NCBI GenBank assembly: GCA_964016885.1
Contig: OZ024742.1
Span: forward strand, 89,900,001-89,964,000
Length of the DNA: 64,000 nucleotides
Direction of reading: 5' to 3'
Source: Eledone cirrhosa
Taxonomy: Eukaryota
A program made the position numbers and the translations under genes. Each line of letters starts with the position of its first letter. The first letter of the stretch is position 1. A model generated the notes under the pieces. It was not told the DNA's origin. It did not search any database and worked only from the letters and a program-made list of their open reading frames with translations. This document shows, piece after piece, positions 59,252 to 64,000 of this stretch.

Positions 59252-62200
59252 TAAAATAAATGAATAAATGCTAATAAATAAGTGCTAATAAACAATTTAC
59301 ATCTAGGATCATACAAAATAATACAAAATAAGAAAATAAAATAAATAAAACATGTTTATATGTAAAAAAAAGTAAACATAGTAAGAATATTAAGAGTAGT
59401 TGTGGTGTTGGTGGTTAAAATATAGAGATACAAAGGTATATACATGAAAATGTTAAATATATTTATGTGTTTATTGGTTATTTTAATAAATTAATTATAT
59501 AATTAATTATTTTATTAATGAATTGCAAGTTTTATTAGAAGTGAAAATAATATGATAAGATAAAATGCAAGAGATGAAATAAATTTAGGGAGAGAAATAG
59601 AAAGATAGAAAGTGAAAGAGAGACATATATAATATAAAATATAAAAGGTTGTGATGTGGGTTCATTGACAGATGATGACAATTATAATAATAATGATGAT
59701 AATTGGATATTATAACAGATCTAAGTGGTACAATTAGAGTTATGGAATAGATGGGATGAATTAAGTTGGTCTAAAGTTATCAAATATGGTCGCCGTTTTA
59801 TGCCTACAGAAAATAGTTCTTTCAATTTTGCTGTTAAGTAGCATGTTGTTGTATTTTAAGATTTGGAATAACTCCATATTACAAAGACCACACTGGGACA
59901 TGCCAATTCTATAGGCTATTGCCGTGATAACTTCATCCAGCTGATTCTTTATTCCTGGTTTGCTTCATTGATCTGCCAGATTTTATTGGCAAAATTAGCT
60001 AAGTTAACAAGTATATATTATATAGAATAATACCACAAATTAAAGAAAAACTAATAATTAACCTCTGGGGTAACACTAACGAAGCAATAGATCGGTTTAG
60101 CAAACTAGACAATAAAGAATCTTCCGACTTCATACAATTTGAAGAAAACTACAAAGTATACACTCAGTAACATTAACAAGGAAGGATTTAATATAGAAAA
60201 AAAAAACTTTTAATATCTGATAGAACCCTTGTAAACCCACCTGTAAACCCACTTTTAATTTGAAGGACCATAAATGCAAGTTCGAAAATGACCCTACTAT
60301 TAGATTAATATATCCATCAAAATCTGATATAGGCAAAATTAGCATGTATATACTAGATAGAATAATATCACAAATTAAAGAAAAAATCATAATTAAGCTC
60401 TGGGGTAACACTAACGAAACAATAGAGTGGTTTAGCAAATTAGACAATAAAGAATATTCCGACTTCATACAATTTGAAGAAAACTACAAACTCTACACTC
60501 AATAACATTAACAAGGAAGGACTTAATATAGTAAAAAAAACTTTAAATATCTGATATAACCCTTGTAAACCCACTTGTAAACCCACTTTTAATTTGAAGG
60601 ACCATAAATGCAAGTTCGAAAATGACCCTACTATTAGATTAATATGTCCATCAAAATCTGATATAGGCAAAATTAGCAAGTATATACTAGATAGAATAAT
60701 ATCACAAATTAAAGAAAAAATCATAATTAAGCTCTGGGGTAACACTAACGAAACAATAGAGTGGTTTAGCAAATTAGACAATAAAGAATCTTCCGACTTC
60801 ATACAATTTGAAGAAAACTACAAACTCTACACTCAATAACATTAACAAGGAAGGACTTAATATAGTAAAAAAACTTTAATTATCTGATAGAACCGAACGT
60901 CTAACCCCTTGTAAACTCACTTTGAATTTGAAGGAACATAAATGCAACTTCGAAAATGACCCTACTATTAGATTAATATGTCCATCAAAATCTGATATAG
61001 GCAAAATTAGGAAGTATATACTAGATAGAATAATACCACAAATTTTTATAAAATCATAATTAAGCTCTGGGGCAACACTGACGAAACAATAGATTGGTTT
61101 AGCAAAGTAGACAATAAAGAATCTTCCGACTTCATACAATTTTACATCAATGTCTACTACTCTTCTATTTCCTCAGTAACCCTAAATAAGGCATTAACCT
61201 TTGCACACAAAAACTCTGACCTACCACTAGAGGAAATTAAAATAATACTAGCTTCTAGAAGAACAATCATTAGGTTCGATAAGAGTTACTGGGAAAGAGA
61301 AAATAGACAAAATAACTTTGATATCACTATGGGATCGAATGATTCAGCCCAAGTAACGGACATTGTCGGAATATATATAACACATATTTTACATAGGAAT
61401 TTGATAACCTACAGGGAGGAATTTATAGAGACGATACATTACTTTTAGCTAAAAACCTACATAATCAAAACTTAGGAAGTTTACGGAAATGGATTAGAAA
61501 ATTATTCAATAAATTAGGCTTTAGCATCACTTTTGAACTCAACTCTAAAAAAGCTAACTTCTTAGATGTATCACTTAACCTAAACACTGGATTAATAGAA
61601 CCCTTCCATAAAAATAATGAAAATCTAGCTTACATTAATTATAACTCTAATCACCCTCGCCCCATAATTAACTCCATAGCACATAGTATATCCCTTAGAA
61701 TCTCGCGCTTATCTTCTAATCTAGAGATTTTTAACGAACACGCTAACTACTACAACATAGCTTTACTTAAGGCAGGCCATAAAGAGTGACTCAAATACAT
61801 ACCAGATACAAAAAATAACAACACACTTAACAGAAATAACACTCTCCACACCTATAGAAGCAACAAATCTAGGATTAAACATAGAAATTGGCAACAAGCA
61901 CGAGAATTAATTGAACCGAATATTAATATAAAGACCACTAGAAACTATAGAAGATGCAGAGATAGAAAATACTTATGGTTCAATCCAATATTTAACTCTA
62001 TAAAAATAAAACTACCTTATAATTTATTTAAATTAGTTGACAAACACTTCCCTAAACTTCATAAATATCATAAAATCTTTAATAGAAAAACTATCAAACT
62101 ATCTTACTCCACTGCCAACAGCATAGAATCGCACATACATGAAATTAACTATAAGAGAAATCTCTAATACAATTAGCCCGCAAACAAGTACCAGAACACC

Positions 62201-62872
62201 AAATATAAAATACAAACACATTACATCATGAAAACAACATACCCGTCAGAACACATCACCACAATACATCAACAAACCCAATTCTCAGCCCATATATAAC
62301 AACATACTAAACCATATCGAGGAACCGGCACATAGGATGGCATCAAAATGTAACTGTCATCTACCTGATAAATGCCCATTACAAAATAGATGCCTGGAAT
62401 CAAATATAATGTACCTATGTACTATAAATTCAGGCAACTTAGCATGGCACTACATAGGGCCCACAGCGGGGGGGGGGGCGGGGCGGGGTTCAAGAAAAGG
62501 TGGTTGTCCACAGACACTCTATAAATAACAGGAAGCTTATGAATACAACAACGCTCGCCAATAAAATCTGGCAGATCAAAGATGCACACCAGGAATACAG
62601 AATCAGCTGGATGCAGTTATCAACTACAATAGCCTATAGAATTGGCATGTCCCACTGTGGTCTTTGTAATATGGAGCTATTCCAAATTTTAAAATACAAC
62701 AAAATGCTTCTTAGCAGTAAAATTGAAAAACTATTTTCTGTAGGTATAAAACGGCGACCAAATTTGATAACTTTAGACGAAGTTAATTCATCCCATCTAT
62801 TCCATAACTCTAATTGTACCACTTAGATCTATTATAATATCCAATTATCATCATTATTATTATAATTATTAT

Positions 62873-62970
62873 GAGGTTAACTTTGCCTTTCATCATTACG
62901 GGGTCGATAAAATAAAGTACCAGTAATGCACTGGGTATTAGCTGGCCTTGTGCCAAAAGTAGAAAGAATT
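62873..62970 (+). mobile_element. 5'-truncated SINE inserted in the PLE 3' UTR
   Basis: SINE core and tail flanked by duplicated attattataatt. It is absent from the inverted copy near 59685. Confidence 0.85.
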
Positions 62971-63649
62971 ATTATTATAATTGTCATCATCTGTCAATGA
63001 ACCAACATCATAACCTATTATATTTTATATTTTATTTTATATATATCTCTCTTTACTTTTCACTTTCTATCTTTCTATTTCTCTCCCTAAATTTATTTCA
63101 TCTCTTGCATTTTATCTTATCATATTATTTTCACTTCTAATATAACTTGCAATTCATTAATAAAATAATTAATTATATAATTAATTTATTAAAATAACCA
63201 ATACACGCATAAATATATTTAACATTTTCATGTTTATACCTTCGTATCTCTATATTTTAACCAACAACACCACAACTACTCTCAATAATCTTACTGTGTT
63301 TACTTTTCTTCGCACATATAAACATTTTTTATTTATTTATTTTCATATTTTGTATTATTTTGTATCATCCTAGATGTAACTTGTTTATTAGCATTTATTT
63401 ATTAGCATTTATTCATTTATTGTTGATATCATTATTTTTCCCTTTATTTTTATTTTTATTTCCCTTTATTTCTTATTTATCCTTTTCTGTTCTCTTTCTA
63501 ACATCTATTCTCTCTGTCTTTTTCTTTTTTCCGTTCTCCTTTGTCTTTCTTTCGTCTCTCTATCTCTCTTTCGTTTTTCTCTCTATATCTTTATTATTAA
63601 TATTATTAATGATGCTGTAATTTGAATTCGTAAAGATACTGGAAATATA

Positions 63650-63764
63650 ACAGTTATCTCCGATGATCTGGTTAAGCTAACAACGTATTGAAAATTGAGT
63701 AGCACTGCTTCAAGTGTTCAGCAATATTTAGACAACTTAATCAGTGAAACAATTGTGAGGCTGT
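63650..63764 (+). ncRNA. Hammerhead-like motif, U4C core, long stem II, GUG at the cleavage site
   Basis: ACAGTtatCT-CCGATGA-t-CTGGTTAAG..CTTAATCAG-t-GAAA-CAATTG-TG-AG-GCTGT. Confidence 0.65.
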
Positions 63765-64000
63765 AAATAAAAACCCTTTTTTGTAATTGACCATGTTGTT
63801 CTTCACTCTTTCAATATTATTACTCCAGGATAAAATAACATAGGGTTACAAGAGAACTCATAAACTCGCCACCTACGTAAACCTCTTGTTGAGTCAAATA
63901 ACGCCGTGCGCCAAACTATCCATAATACGAAGTATTCACAGCCTCTACCTGGATTACCTATAACGATATTTTGTTATCTGTCATATATATATACCCCCTC

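Larger units (their letters stand above)
59252..64000 (+). mobile_element. Penelope-like element with an inverted 3' copy (59252-59990) and an internal 334-bp multiplication
   Basis: LKDHK, ITMG, YRDD, FLDV, SNHP and CNCHLPDKCPL..YIG at 59990-62780. 59252-59990 is the reverse complement of ~62555-63420. Confidence 0.88.

Overview
AT-rich animal nuclear DNA, almost certainly an octopod cephalopod judging by its tRNA-derived SINE family and (TA)n/(AAT)n density. Nearly the whole window is nested transposons. It contains: about eight Penelope-like (RT plus GIY-YIG, Naiad-type) copies or remnants with tandem and inverted pseudo-LTRs; one near-intact CR1-superfamily LINE; R4/Dong-like, Tx1/L1-like and RTE-derived fragments; a head-to-tail Helitron array; about eight SINE copies; and one probable first coding exon of a small secreted host protein. 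The strongest non-obvious signal is RNA-level. About 20 type I hammerhead ribozyme motifs from 8-9 sequence families occur, including core variants (U3:A8 swap, U4C, very long stem II) and small non-coding retrozyme-like tandem units. A twice-repeated ~190-nt covarying pseudoknot-like RNA of unknown identity lies in a Penelope 3' UTR. The LINE ORF2 has no usable ATG and carries two in-phase -1 slippery heptamers in the ORF1/ORF2 overlap. All pairings were read by eye, and element boundaries are approximate.
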